A stretch of DNA of 64,000 bases from Kiritimatiellia bacterium. Its GTDB lineage: Bacteria; Verrucomicrobiota; Kiritimatiellia; JAAZAB01. Positions 28,092 through 37,817 of the stretch are shown piece after piece; the stretch's first letter is position 1; each line of letters starts with the position of its first letter. The DNA lies in contig JAXGPF010000013.1 of assembly GCA_040767085.1 (NCBI GenBank), positions 1 to 64,000 on the forward strand. The letters run 5' to 3'. The position numbers and the translations under genes were made by a program. Below the pieces are notes generated by a model. That model was not told the origin of the DNA. It ran no database searches and was given only the letters and a program-made list of their open reading frames with translations.

Positions 28092-28418
28092 ATGGGTTCG
28101 AAATTGCATCTGAAGCGGGATGACGTAGTGGTGGCTATCGCCGGCGGGGATGCCGGCGGCAAACGCACCGGCAAGGTGCTGCAGGTGCTGCCCGGCCGCG
28201 GCCGCGCGGTGGTCGAGGGGTTCCATTTTGTGCGGAAGACGGTCCGCAAGTCGCAGGATCTGCCCAACGGCGACATTATCCGCCGGGAGGCGTCGGTGGC
28301 GCTGTCGAATTTGCAGTTGTATTGTCCGGATTGCAAGCGGGGCGTGCGCATCGCCCGCGGCCGGGATGAAAAGGGGCGGCCCGCGCGCAAATGCCGCAAA
28401 TGCGGGCATACGTTTTAA
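28092..28418 (+). CDS. rplX: 50S ribosomal protein L24
   Basis: KOW-like DDVVVAIAG...GKV and VVEG, plus synteny. Confidence 0.94.
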   Translation: MGSKLHLKRDDVVVAIAGGDAGGKRTGKVLQVLPGRGRAVVEGFHFVRKTVRKSQDLPNGDIIRREASVALSNLQLYCPDCKRGVRIARGRDEKGRPARKCRKCGHTF

Positions 28419-28430
28419 CAGGCGGAAATT

Positions 28431-28979
28431 ATGGCGAGATTGAAAGAAAAATATACGCAGGAAGCGGCAGCCGCGCTCAGGCAGCTGCATGGTTACAAGA
28501 ACCCCATGCAGGTGCCGCGCATGACCAAGATCGTGGTCAACATGGGGGTTAATTCCGGGGTGGACAAGGATGTGTTCAAAAGCCTGGTCCAGGACCTGGC
28601 GCGGATAACGGGGCAGAAGCCGGTGGTGTGCAAGGCGCGGAAAAGCATCGCCAATTTCAACCTGCGCGAGGGCATGTCCGTGGGCGCCAAGGTGACCCTC
28701 CGCGGCGTCCGGATGTACGAGTTTTTCGACCGCCTGGTGAATGTCGCCTTGTCGCGGCTGCGGGACTTCCGCGGCGTTTCGCCGTCCGGTTTTGACGGCC
28801 GCGGCAACTACACCTTGGGCCTCCGCGAACAGCTGGTGTTCCCGGAAATCAATCCGGACGATGTGAAGAAGGTCCAGGGTATGGATATTACAATCAACAC
28901 CACCGCCGCCTCCGATGCGGAAGCGCGCGACCTGCTACGGCTGATGGGCATGCCCTTTGCCGGCGCCGGGACGAATTGA
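28431..28979 (+). CDS. rplE: 50S ribosomal protein L5
   Basis: KIVVNMG, ITGQKP, RDFRG and FDGRGNY. Confidence 0.98.
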   Translation: MARLKEKYTQEAAAALRQLHGYKNPMQVPRMTKIVVNMGVNSGVDKDVFKSLVQDLARITGQKPVVCKARKSIANFNLREGMSVGAKVTLRGVRMYEFFDRLVNVALSRLRDFRGVSPSGFDGRGNYTLGLREQLVFPEINPDDVKKVQGMDITINTTAASDAEARDLLRLMGMPFAGAGTN

Positions 28980-28998
28980 TACAGGGAGGAAAGTTCAC

Positions 28999-29184
28999 TT
29001 GGCTAAAACGTCATTGATCGTCAAGTCCGCCCGGCCCCCGAAATACAGCAGCCGGCGTTACCGCCGCTGCCGGAATTGCGGCCGCCCCAGGGCCTATCTG
29101 CGCAAGTTTCAGTTATGTCGAATTTGTTTCCGGGAATTGGCTTCCACCGGGCAGATTCCCGGCGTGATCAAGGCCAGTTGGTGA
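28999..29184 (+). CDS. rpsN: 30S ribosomal protein S14, short zinc-binding type (TTG start)
   Basis: 61 aa with RCRNCGRPR...LCRICFRE and [17 protein letters not shown] upstream. Confidence 0.96.
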   Translation: MAKTSLIVKSARPPKYSSRRYRRCRNCGRPRAYLRKFQLCRICFRELASTGQIPGVIKASW

Positions 29185-29224
29185 AGCCTGCGCAGTAAGC
29201 GCATATTTTTGAAGGTTGGTGCAA

Positions 29225-29623
29225 ATGAATCAGACAGATCCGATTGCTGACATGCTGACGCGCATCCGCAATGCCAATGCCGCGCGGCTGGAATCCGTGG
29301 AGTTGCCGCATTCCAAGTTGAAGGCGGGCGTGGCGCGTATTTTGAAACGCGAAGGGTTCATCCGCGATTACGTGGCCGAAGGCGGCGCCGCGCGGCGGGT
29401 GTTGCGGCTTTATCTGAAATACACCGCCGGGCGCGAACCGGTGTTGCGCGGCTTGCGCCGCGTCAGCCGGCCGGGCTGGCGGCGTTACGTCCAGGTGGGC
29501 GGGCTGCCGCCGATCATGCGCGGCGCCGGTCTGGCGATTGTCAGCACTTCGCGCGGCCTGTTGACTGACCGCGAGGTCCGGAATATGGGCGTGGGCGGCG
29601 AATGGTTGTTGACGGTTTGGTGA
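29225..29623 (+). CDS. rpsH: 30S ribosomal protein S8
   Basis: TDPIADMLTRIRNA, SRPG, STSRG and GVGGE. Confidence 0.98.
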   Translation: MNQTDPIADMLTRIRNANAARLESVELPHSKLKAGVARILKREGFIRDYVAEGGAARRVLRLYLKYTAGREPVLRGLRRVSRPGWRRYVQVGGLPPIMRGAGLAIVSTSRGLLTDREVRNMGVGGEWLLTVW

Positions 29624-29643
29624 GTTTTTCACGGGAGGGTCCG

Positions 29644-30174
29644 ATGTCAAGAGTAGGGAAACAGCCCGTGCCGGTGCCGGCCGGCGTGGAAGTCGAGGCG
29701 CAGGGCGGCGCGGTCGCGGTCAAGGGGCCCAAGGGCGTCTTGCAGTTCAAAGTGCCCGGGGCGTTGCAGGTAACGGTGGCGGAAGGCAAAGTTTCGGTGC
29801 GGGCCGCCGCGCCGGACGCCGGCGCCTTGCAGGGCATGGCGCGCTCGATGATCGCCAACATGATCGAGGGCGTTACCCGCGGCTATGCCAAGCAACTGGA
29901 AATCCAGGGCGTGGGATTCAAGGCCGCGGTGCAGGGGCGCCAGGCTACCTTCGCGCTGGGGTATTCGTCTCCCGTTGTAATGGAGATTCCAGAAGGCATT
30001 GAAGTCAAGGTTGCCGACGGCGTCAACCTGACGGTCAGCGGCGCCGACAAGCAGCAGGTCGGCGATGTGGCCGCGCGCATCAAGGATTTTTACCCGGCGG
30101 AACCGTACAAGGGCAAGGGCATCCGCTTCAAGGGCGAACATGTCCGCCGTAAAGCGGGCAAGACTGTGGCTTAA
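29644..30174 (+). CDS. rplF: 50S ribosomal protein L6
   Basis: MSRVGK, KGPKG and EPYKGKGI. Confidence 0.98.
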   Translation: MSRVGKQPVPVPAGVEVEAQGGAVAVKGPKGVLQFKVPGALQVTVAEGKVSVRAAAPDAGALQGMARSMIANMIEGVTRGYAKQLEIQGVGFKAAVQGRQATFALGYSSPVVMEIPEGIEVKVADGVNLTVSGADKQQVGDVAARIKDFYPAEPYKGKGIRFKGEHVRRKAGKTVA

Positions 30175-30183
30175 GAGGATGGC

Positions 30184-30534
30184 ATGAAAATTAACAACCG
30201 TTTGGATTATCGGAAACGCCGGCATCTGCGCATCCGCAAGAAAATCGTGGGCTCGGCGGCCTGCCCGCGCATGAGCGTGTCGGTTTCCCGGCGCCACATG
30301 TGCGTGCAATTTCTGGATGACTTGAGCGGGCGCACGCTCGCGGCCTGCTCGACCGTGCAGACGCCCGACGCCGGCCATAACCGGCAGACCGCCAAGCAAC
30401 TGGGCGCGCGCGCCGCGGAAGCCGCTCGCGCCTCCGGCATCACCCAGGTGGTTTTCGATCGCGGCGGCCACGCCTATCATGGCCGGGTTAAAGAAATCGC
30501 CGATGCGGCGCGGGAGGCGGGAATCAAGTTATGA
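30184..30534 (+). CDS. rplR: 50S ribosomal protein L18
   Basis: VVFDRGG.AYHGRV and AREAG. Confidence 0.97.
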   Translation: MKINNRLDYRKRRHLRIRKKIVGSAACPRMSVSVSRRHMCVQFLDDLSGRTLAACSTVQTPDAGHNRQTAKQLGARAAEAARASGITQVVFDRGGHAYHGRVKEIADAAREAGIKL

Positions 30535-31097
30535 GCGTTGATATCATTGACAAAAAAATGCAGGACCATCTGGCCGATGAACTCGGATCCGCCGGCGGCG
30601 ATTTCGAGGAATACGTTGTCCGGATCAACCGCTGTTCCAAGGTGGTCAAGGGCGGCCGGCGGCTGAGCTTCAGCGCGGTGGTGGTGGTCGGCGACCATCA
30701 TGGACGCGTCGGGGCGGGGCTGGGCAAGGCGAACGAAGTGGCCGATGCGATCCGCAAGGGCGGGGATATCGCCCGCAAGTCCATGTTTGCCGTCAAGCTC
30801 CACGGCAAAACCATCCCGCACGAAGTGTGCGGCGAGTATTGCGGCGCGAAGGTGTTGCTCCGCCCGGCCGTGGAAGGCACGGGCGTAATTGCCGGCGGCG
30901 GCGCGCGCGCGGTCCTGAACCTGGCTGGCGTGCATAACATTCTGTCAAAATCACTGGGCAGCAACAACAAGTGGAACGTGGTGCATGCCACCATCGCCGC
31001 CTTGAAACTGTTGCGCACCCGGGAGGAATGCGCGGCCATGCGCGGCGTGGATTTGAACGACGCCGCGCCGGCTCCCGCGGCCGCACCGTCGGCGTAA
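30531..31097 (+). CDS. rpsE: 30S ribosomal protein S5
   Basis: [16 protein letters not shown] and KSLGS. Confidence 0.98.
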   Translation: MSVDIIDKKMQDHLADELGSAGGDFEEYVVRINRCSKVVKGGRRLSFSAVVVVGDHHGRVGAGLGKANEVADAIRKGGDIARKSMFAVKLHGKTIPHEVCGEYCGAKVLLRPAVEGTGVIAGGGARAVLNLAGVHNILSKSLGSNNKWNVVHATIAALKLLRTREECAAMRGVDLNDAAPAPAAAPSA

Positions 31098-31120
31098 TGT
31101 TTGCGTGGAGGAATCTGAGC

Positions 31121-31582
31121 ATGTTGGGTTTAAATGTCATGCGGAATGTCGCCGGGGCGCGGCGCGCCAAGATGCGCGTGGGCTGCGGCAGCGGTTCGGG
31201 CAAGGGCCGCACTTGCGGGCGGGGCCACAAGGGGCAGTACGCCCGTTCCGGCCACAAGCACAAGGCGGGGTTTGAAGGAGGCCAGATGCGGCTGCTGCGC
31301 CGCATCCCGAAGCGCGGATTCAACAACCAGGTCCATAAACAGGTGTTTAACCTGGTGGCGGTGGGACGGCTGGCGCGCTTTGAGGATGGAACCGAAATCA
31401 CGCCGGCGCTGCTGCGCGAAGTCGGCCTGGTCCGGCGTCATGGCGCTGGATGCGGGGGCCCGGTCAAGATTCTGGGCGGCGGCGAACTGGCGCGCAAGCT
31501 GACGGTGCAGGCGCATGCTTTCACCAGGTCGGCCGAGCAGAAAATCGCCGCCGCCGGCGGAACCTGCAAGGTAATTGACTGA
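31121..31582 (+). CDS. rplO: 50S ribosomal protein L15
   Basis: GSGKGRTCGRGHKGQ, FEGGQ and PKRGF. Confidence 0.97.
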   Translation: MLGLNVMRNVAGARRAKMRVGCGSGSGKGRTCGRGHKGQYARSGHKHKAGFEGGQMRLLRRIPKRGFNNQVHKQVFNLVAVGRLARFEDGTEITPALLREVGLVRRHGAGCGGPVKILGGGELARKLTVQAHAFTRSAEQKIAAAGGTCKVID

Positions 31583-31627
31583 GCACCCGGCCGCCGGTAT
31601 GTCCGGGCGCGCACGCAGCGGCCGGCG

Positions 31628-31656
31628 GGCAGGGCGGTAGACCTCCGGGCGAGCCG
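31628..31656 (+). repeat. REP-like (GTAG-type) half repeat
   Basis: GGCAGGGCG..CCTCCGGGCGAGCCG matches the left arm of the element at 57059. Confidence 0.45.
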
Positions 31657-31754
31657 CTCGCTGCGGCGGGTCAAGCGAGTGCGGGAGCGGTCGGTGATGA
31701 AGATTATGCGCGTTTAATTAAGCGGCGTGGCGCCGTTTTGCTGGATAACATATT

Positions 31755-33113
31755 ATGCTTTCCGCTTTTGTAAATTCATTCAAGGTTGAAGAACTGCGCC
31801 GGCGTTTGCTGTTCACCTTCGGCTTGATTTTTGTCTGCCGGATCGTCAGCGCGGTGCCCACCCCCGGCGTCAACGCCGCGGAACTGCAGAACCTGGTGCA
31901 GCACATTTCCAACCAGGTGGGCGGCGGTTTGATCGGGTTGGTGGACCTGTTCAGCGGCGGCGCCATGAGCAATTGCGCGGTGGGCGCCCTGGGCATCATG
32001 CCTTATATCAGCGCCTCCATTATCCTGCAGTTGATGACGGCGATTGTGCCAACCCTGGAGCGCCTGGCGCGCGAAGGCGATGTCGGCCGCCAGAAGATCA
32101 CCCAGTACACCCGCTACCTGACCCTGGGGCTGTGCCTGGTCCAGGGGTATGCCATTCCGGTGGCTTTGCAAAACCCCGAGGCCTTGTTCGGCCAGACGAT
32201 GGGCCCGATCGTGGATATGCAATCCGTCTGGGGCTTCCGCCTGCTGACGGTGGTCACGATGACGACCGGGACGATGCTGATGATGTGGCTGGGAGAACAG
32301 ATGACCCAGAGCGGCGTCGGCAACGGCATTTCGCTGATCATCACGATCAACATCATCAGCCGGCTGCCGGGCGCCGTGCGGGCCACGGTGAGCATGTTCA
32401 AGCCCGTCGGCGACGGCGTGGCGCAGTTTTCCGTCTTCCACCTGGTGGGCCTGCTGATCATGCTGTTCCTGGTGGTGGCCGGCACGATTGCCGTCACGCA
32501 GGCGCAGCGCCGGATTCCCGTGCAATACGCCAAGCGGGTGGTCGGCCGCAAGGTTTACGGCGGGCAAAGCACCTACATGCCGCTGCGGGTGAATTATTCC
32601 GGCGTCATGCCGATTATTTTCGCCTCCGCCATCCTGATGTTCCCCCAGAAAATCCTGGAAATGCTGCCGGGCGATTTTTTCAAGCATCTGGCGGTTCATT
32701 TTCACATGGAACGGCCGCTTTACCTGATCCTGTACGGGTTGATGATCCTGTTTTTTTCCTATTTCTGGGTGGCGACGGTGTTTAATCCCGTGCAGATCGC
32801 CGACGACCTGAAGAAGGCCGGCGGGTACATCCCCGGCATCCGGCCGGGCACGCCCACCGCGGAGTTCCTGGACCGCACGATGACGCGGATCACGCTGGCC
32901 GGCGCGATTTTCCTGACCGTGATCGCGGTGCTGCCGACGATGATGGCGCGCCAGTTCAGCATTCCCTGGCTGGTGGCGTCGTTTTTCGGCGGCACCAGCA
33001 TCCTGATCATCGTGGGGGTGATGCTCGACACCATGCGCCAGGTGGAGTCCCACCTGATCATGCGCCACTATGACGGTTTCCTGAAAAAAGGCAAATTACG
33101 GGGGAGACGCTGA
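31755..33113 (+). CDS. secY: Preprotein translocase subunit SecY
   Basis: ALGIMPYISASII, GNGISL, IPGIRPG and FGGTS. About ten TM segments. Confidence 0.99.
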   Translation: MLSAFVNSFKVEELRRRLLFTFGLIFVCRIVSAVPTPGVNAAELQNLVQHISNQVGGGLIGLVDLFSGGAMSNCAVGALGIMPYISASIILQLMTAIVPTLERLAREGDVGRQKITQYTRYLTLGLCLVQGYAIPVALQNPEALFGQTMGPIVDMQSVWGFRLLTVVTMTTGTMLMMWLGEQMTQSGVGNGISLIITINIISRLPGAVRATVSMFKPVGDGVAQFSVFHLVGLLIMLFLVVAGTIAVTQAQRRIPVQYAKRVVGRKVYGGQSTYMPLRVNYSGVMPIIFASAILMFPQKILEMLPGDFFKHLAVHFHMERPLYLILYGLMILFFSYFWVATVFNPVQIADDLKKAGGYIPGIRPGTPTAEFLDRTMTRITLAGAIFLTVIAVLPTMMARQFSIPWLVASFFGGTSILIIVGVMLDTMRQVESHLIMRHYDGFLKKGKLRGRR

Positions 33114-33775
33114 TGGGCATTCGGGCCATAGTTTTGCTGGGCGCGCCCGGCGCCGGCAAGGGCACCATGGCGGAAGCCATTAAGGCCGCCATGCCCATCA
33201 CGCACATCGCCACGGGCGACATGCTGCGCGAGGAGATTAAAAAATCCTCGCCGCTGGGCAGCGCGGCGGCGGTTTACATGCAACAGGGCCGGCTGGTGCC
33301 CGACGACCTGATCGTGCGCATGGTCATGGAGCGTCTGGCGGGAGGCGGCGCGGACCTGCGTTGCATGTTTGACGGTTTCCCGCGCACCTTGGCCCAGGCG
33401 GAACTGCTGGACCGCAATTTCAAGTCGCAGCAGGCGGAGATCGCGGCGGTGCTGCTGCTGGAGGTGTCGCCGGAAGTGTGCCTGGCCCGGCTGACCGGCC
33501 GGCGGGTTTGCCGGCAATGCGGCGCCAATTACCACCTGCGCAATATTCCTCCGCGCCGCGCGGGCGTCTGCGACCGTTGCGGCGGAGAACTGTACCAGCG
33601 CCAGGACGACATGCCGGAAACCATCGCCAAGCGCCTGGAAATTTTCCGGCAGCAGAACGCGGGATTGCTTGAATATTACGAGCGCCAGGGAAAATTGGCG
33701 CATCTGGATGCCGGGGGCGCGCGCGACGCCACCCTGGCAGCCGCGCTGCGGATTTTGGCGGAACACAATTTTTGA
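33113..33775 (+). CDS. adk: Adenylate kinase (zinc-finger LID)
   Basis: GAPGAGKGT, TGDMLR, DGFPRT and CxxC...CxxC in the LID. Confidence 0.97.
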   Translation: MGIRAIVLLGAPGAGKGTMAEAIKAAMPITHIATGDMLREEIKKSSPLGSAAAVYMQQGRLVPDDLIVRMVMERLAGGGADLRCMFDGFPRTLAQAELLDRNFKSQQAEIAAVLLLEVSPEVCLARLTGRRVCRQCGANYHLRNIPPRRAGVCDRCGGELYQRQDDMPETIAKRLEIFRQQNAGLLEYYERQGKLAHLDAGGARDATLAAALRILAEHNF

Positions 33776-33776
33776 T

Positions 33777-34535
33777 ATGATTATCATCAAGGATGCCGCG
33801 GAATTGGCGCGTATGCGCGCCGCCGGGCGGGCGACCGCGCGGGTTTGCGGGCAGGTGGCCCGGAACATAGCTCCCGGCATGACCACGGGTGAAATCAACG
33901 ATTTTGCCGCCCGGATGATGGCGGACATGGGCGTGAAAAGCGCCTTTTTGGGATACCGGGGTTACCCGGGCGCGATTTGTGTGTCGGTGAATGAGGAGGT
34001 CGTGCACGGCTTGCCCGGCCGGCGGCGCATCCGGGCCGGAGATATTGTCAGCATTGATGTCGGCGTGGTGGTGGACGGTTTTGTCGGCGATATGGCCACG
34101 ACGGTGGCCGTGGGCGTCGGCGACGGCGAAGTGCTGCGGCTGCTGGCCGCGGCGGAGCAGGCGCTGCACGCCGGCATCGCCAATGCCCGCGCCGGGCGGC
34201 GTCTGGGGGATGTGTCGCATGCCGTGGAAACGGCCGCCGTGTCCGCCGGATTCAGCGTGGTGCGGGAGTTCGTCGGCCATGGCATCGGCCGGCAGATGCA
34301 CGAGGATCCGCAGGTCCCGAATTTCGGGCGGCCGGGCCAGGGGCCGCAGTTGCGCAGCGGCATGACGCTGGCCATCGAGCCGATGCTGAACATGGGCGGG
34401 GCCGCGGTGGAAGTGCTGGACGATGGCTGGACTGTGGTCACGCGGGACCGCCGGCCTTCGGCGCATTTTGAGCATACGGTGGCGGTGGGCGACGGCGAAG
34501 CGGAAATTCTGACCAGGTGGGATGACGGCATTTGA
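33777..34535 (+). CDS. map: Methionine aminopeptidase type I
   Basis: CVSVNEEVVHG, GHGIG, MHEDP, AIEPM and SAHFEHT. Confidence 0.98.
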   Translation: MIIIKDAAELARMRAAGRATARVCGQVARNIAPGMTTGEINDFAARMMADMGVKSAFLGYRGYPGAICVSVNEEVVHGLPGRRRIRAGDIVSIDVGVVVDGFVGDMATTVAVGVGDGEVLRLLAAAEQALHAGIANARAGRRLGDVSHAVETAAVSAGFSVVREFVGHGIGRQMHEDPQVPNFGRPGQGPQLRSGMTLAIEPMLNMGGAAVEVLDDGWTVVTRDRRPSAHFEHTVAVGDGEAEILTRWDDGI

Positions 34536-34559
34536 CTTGGCGGAAAAGTTTGCTATAAT
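34532..34559 (+). promoter_or_regulatory. Internal sigma70-type promoter for rpmJ and the alpha operon
   Basis: TTGACT (34532-34537), 16-nt spacer, TG-c-TATAAT (34554-34559). Overlaps the map stop codon. Confidence 0.7.
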
Positions 34560-34598
34560 GGCGGTTTCTTTCATTATTTTTGATCGGGAGATGGCGGG

Positions 34599-34712
34599 AT
34601 GAAAGTCAGAAGTTCAGTCAAACGCATTTGCGAACGGTGCAAGATCATCCGGCGCAAGGGGGTGGTGCGGGTAATTTGCACCAATCCGCGCCACAAACAA
34701 CGGCAAGGATAG
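34599..34712 (+). CDS. rpmJ: 50S ribosomal protein L36
   Basis: Not in the ORF track. Translates as [37 protein letters not shown]. Confidence 0.98.
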   Translation: MKVRSSVKRICERCKIIRRKGVVRVICTNPRHKQRQG

Positions 34713-34721
34713 GAGTAGGAC

Positions 34722-35126
34722 ATGCCCAAGATTCTCGGCATAGACATTCCCGGGAAAAAGCCCGTGGTTTACGCTTTGCGATATATTTACGGCGTGGGGC
34801 TGACGCGCGCGCAGCATATCGCCGCCGTGTTGAAAATCGACCCCGCCAAGCACGCGGACGATTTAACCGGCGAGGAATTGACCCGGATTACCGGGATGTT
34901 ACAGGAAAAATATGTCCTGGAAGGCGACCTGCGCCGGGAAGTGGCCCAGAATATCCGGCGTTTGATCAGCATCGGCTCGTACCGCGGCCTGCGCCACCGG
35001 CGCGGTTTGCCGGTGCGCGGCCAGCGCACGCATACCAACGCCCGGACCCGCAAGGGCGTGCGCAAAACTGTGGGCGTGGTACGCGGGCGCGAGGCCCGTT
35101 CGGATGCGCGCTCGGCGACCAAATAA
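34722..35126 (+). CDS. rpsM: 30S ribosomal protein S13
   Basis: IYGVG, EGDLRR and [17 protein letters not shown]. Confidence 0.98.
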   Translation: MPKILGIDIPGKKPVVYALRYIYGVGLTRAQHIAAVLKIDPAKHADDLTGEELTRITGMLQEKYVLEGDLRREVAQNIRRLISIGSYRGLRHRRGLPVRGQRTHTNARTRKGVRKTVGVVRGREARSDARSATK

Positions 35127-35166
35127 CTTTGCATTAGCGGCATAGGTGGAGGAATCTGAGAATATC

Positions 35167-35664
35167 ATGGCCAAGGATAATCCAAAGGCGGAAGAAGCAG
35201 TAAAAGGCAAACCGTCCGAAGAGGCGGCAGCGGCGGCGGCCCCGGCGGCGGCGGCGGAAGGCGCGGCGGAAGCCGGCGCGGCCGCCAAACCGGCGGCGCG
35301 GCGCAAAGGCGCGCGCACCGTTTCCGCGGGCATAGCGCATATTAACGCGACTTTCAACAATACGCAGATCGTGATTACCGACATGAAGGGCGCCGTGCTG
35401 GCCTGGAGCAGTTCCGGCCGCATGGGCTTCAAGGGCACGCGCAAAAGCACGGCGTATGCCGCCACGGTGGTTGCACAGGATGTGTCCCGGCAGGCTGCCG
35501 GGTATCGCATGCACGAGATGGAAGTGCGGGTGCAGGGGCCGGGCGCCGGCCGCGAATCGGCCATCCGGGCGCTGCAGGCGGCGGGTTTCGCCGTTACGGT
35601 CATCAAGGATGTCACCCCCATACCGCATAATGGTTGCCGGCCGCGCAAGCGGCGGCGGGTGTAA
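35167..35664 (+). CDS. rpsK: 30S ribosomal protein S11 with an Ala-rich N-terminal extension
   Basis: [15 protein letters not shown] and [12 protein letters not shown]. Start at ATG 35167 (GGAGG upstream) or GTG 35146. Confidence 0.97.
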   Translation: MAKDNPKAEEAVKGKPSEEAAAAAAPAAAAEGAAEAGAAAKPAARRKGARTVSAGIAHINATFNNTQIVITDMKGAVLAWSSSGRMGFKGTRKSTAYAATVVAQDVSRQAAGYRMHEMEVRVQGPGAGRESAIRALQAAGFAVTVIKDVTPIPHNGCRPRKRRRV

Positions 35665-35687
35665 TTTAACTAAGGAAGGGGCGGTAC

Positions 35688-36314
35688 ATGGGTAGATATA
35701 ATGGTCCGGCCTGCCGCATCTGTCGGCGCGAAGGCATGAAGTTGTTTCTGAAGGGTGAGCGGTGCAATATGGCCAAGTGCGCCATCGAAACCGGGCGCGG
35801 CGTGCCCGGCATGCACGGCATGCAACGCTCCAAACCGTCGGATTATGCCCGCCAGTTTCGCGAGAAACAGCGTTTACAGCGATTTTACGGATTGCAGAAC
35901 GGCCAGTTCCGCCTGGTGTTCCGGCGCGCGGCGCGGGCCCAGGGCGTGACCGGCGAGACCTTGTTGCAGGCGCTGGAAATGCGCCTGGACAATCTGGTTT
36001 ACCGCCTGGGTTTCGCCGCCAGCCGGCGTGCCGCGCGGCAATTGGTGCGGCACCGCCACATGGCGGTTAACGGGCATACCGCGGATGTGCCTTCCATGAC
36101 GTTGAAGGCCGGCGATACAGTCGCCGTGCGGGACAACCCGCGCAGCCGCGGGCTGGCTCAGAAGGCTTTGGAAACGGCGCAGGGCCGGACGCTTTCGCCC
36201 TGGCTGGCTCTGGATGCCGCCGCTTTCAGCGGTTCGGTTGTGCGCATCCCCACGCGGGATGAAATTGCGCCGCTGGTCAACGAGCAGTTGGTGGTGGAGT
36301 TGTGTTCCAAGTAA
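35688..36314 (+). CDS. rpsD: 30S ribosomal protein S4
   Basis: CRICRREG, EKQ, LEMRLDNLVYRLGFA and NEQLVVE. Confidence 0.98.
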   Translation: MGRYNGPACRICRREGMKLFLKGERCNMAKCAIETGRGVPGMHGMQRSKPSDYARQFREKQRLQRFYGLQNGQFRLVFRRAARAQGVTGETLLQALEMRLDNLVYRLGFAASRRAARQLVRHRHMAVNGHTADVPSMTLKAGDTVAVRDNPRSRGLAQKALETAQGRTLSPWLALDAAAFSGSVVRIPTRDEIAPLVNEQLVVELCSK

Positions 36315-36353
36315 CGCGCGGAGCCGATATTTTTTTTGGAGGGTTGAAAGACC

Positions 36354-37364
36354 ATGACGGTTAAGATTGGCAGATTCGAGATGCCCAAGCGGGTGGTTAA
36401 GGAGCAGGGCTCGGCCACCGCCACTTATGCCCGCTTCATCGCGGAGCCGTTTGAGCCCGGGTACGGGCGCACGGTGGGCAATAGTTTGCGGCGGGTGCTC
36501 CTTTCGTCGCTGGAAGGCGCCGCGGTTTCTTCAGTCAAGATTGCCGGCGCGCACCATGAATTCTGCGCTATTCCCGGTGTCGTGGAAGATGTCACGGATA
36601 TCATCCTCAACCTGAAAAAAGTGCTGTTACGCACCTTCACCCGCGAGCCGCAGCGTTTGACCATCAATGCCAAGGGGCCCGGCGAAGTGACGGCGGCCGC
36701 TATTTCGTCGTCGCACCTGGTGGAAGTGCTCAATCCGAAGCATTTTATCGCCACCCTCGCGCAGGACGGCAAGTTTGAAGCCGAGATCGAGGTCACCGTG
36801 GGACGTGGGTTTTCGCCCGCGGACTGGGGCGACAAGAAGGACGCGGAAATCGGCATCATTCCCATTGACTGCGTATATTCGCCGGTGCGCCGGGTGAACT
36901 TCTCCGTGGAAAACATCCGCGTGGGACGCCGCACGGATTACGACAAGTTGGTGCTGGACATCTGGACCGACGACCGCCTGTCGCCGGATGAAGCCCTGAC
37001 GCGCTCGGCCATGATCATGCGCCATCATCTTGACGCGTTTGTGAACTTCACGGACGAGTTGCTGGAGTTCGAACAGACGGACAACCTGGTGGACAAGGAA
37101 CGCGAGGAACTCCGCCGCAAGCTCAACATGAGCGTCAACGAAATCGAGCTCAGCGTCCGCGCCGCCAACTGCCTGAACAACGCGAATATTCTGACGGTCG
37201 GCCAGCTGGCCCAGAAGACCGAGGCCGACATGCTGAAATACCGTAATTTCGGCAAGAAGTCCCTCCAGGAAATTGTGCAGAAATTGCAGGAGATGGGCAT
37301 CAGCATGGGGTCAACCTTTGACCCGGAATTACTGAAGCCCCCCGCTCCGGCGGAAACCAAGTAA
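36354..37364 (+). CDS. rpoA: RNA polymerase alpha subunit
   Basis: EPFEPGYG.TVGNSLRRVLLSS, ELSVRAANCL and NFGKKSL. Confidence 0.99.
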   Translation: MTVKIGRFEMPKRVVKEQGSATATYARFIAEPFEPGYGRTVGNSLRRVLLSSLEGAAVSSVKIAGAHHEFCAIPGVVEDVTDIILNLKKVLLRTFTREPQRLTINAKGPGEVTAAAISSSHLVEVLNPKHFIATLAQDGKFEAEIEVTVGRGFSPADWGDKKDAEIGIIPIDCVYSPVRRVNFSVENIRVGRRTDYDKLVLDIWTDDRLSPDEALTRSAMIMRHHLDAFVNFTDELLEFEQTDNLVDKEREELRRKLNMSVNEIELSVRAANCLNNANILTVGQLAQKTEADMLKYRNFGKKSLQEIVQKLQEMGISMGSTFDPELLKPPAPAETK

Positions 37365-37391
37365 TATTGAATTTGACGGACAAGGTGAGTT

Positions 37392-37808
37392 ATGCGACAT
37401 CAGGTAGTGACGACTAAGTTCGGCCGGACGACTGAGCACCGGGCGGCCATGCTGGCCGCGGTGGTCTGCGGCTTGATTCTGGAGAAACGCGTGCGGACCA
37501 CGCTGCCTAAGGCGCGGGCCGCCCGGCGCCTGGCTGAGCGCATGGTGACGCTGGGCAAGCAGGGCACGCTGGCGGCGCGCCGCCGCGCCGCCGCCGTTTT
37601 GCGCCGGCCGGCTCCGGTCAAGCAATTATTCGAGGAAATCGCTCCCCGGTGCGCCAGCCGGGCCGGCGGCTATACCCGGATCATCAAACTGGATGACCGG
37701 CGCAGTGATGGCGCCGCCATGGCCATGCTGGAATGGGTGGATGTCGCGTATGTCAGCCGCCGGAAGCCTCCGAAAACCAGCGAAGAGAAGCCGGGCAAAA
37801 CGGCTTGA
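37392..37808 (+). CDS. rplQ: 50S ribosomal protein L17
   Basis: MRH start, TTLPKA and GGYTRIIK. Confidence 0.97.
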   Translation: MRHQVVTTKFGRTTEHRAAMLAAVVCGLILEKRVRTTLPKARAARRLAERMVTLGKQGTLAARRRAAAVLRRPAPVKQLFEEIAPRCASRAGGYTRIIKLDDRRSDGAAMAMLEWVDVAYVSRRKPPKTSEEKPGKTA

Positions 37809-37817
37809 TCGGCGGTT

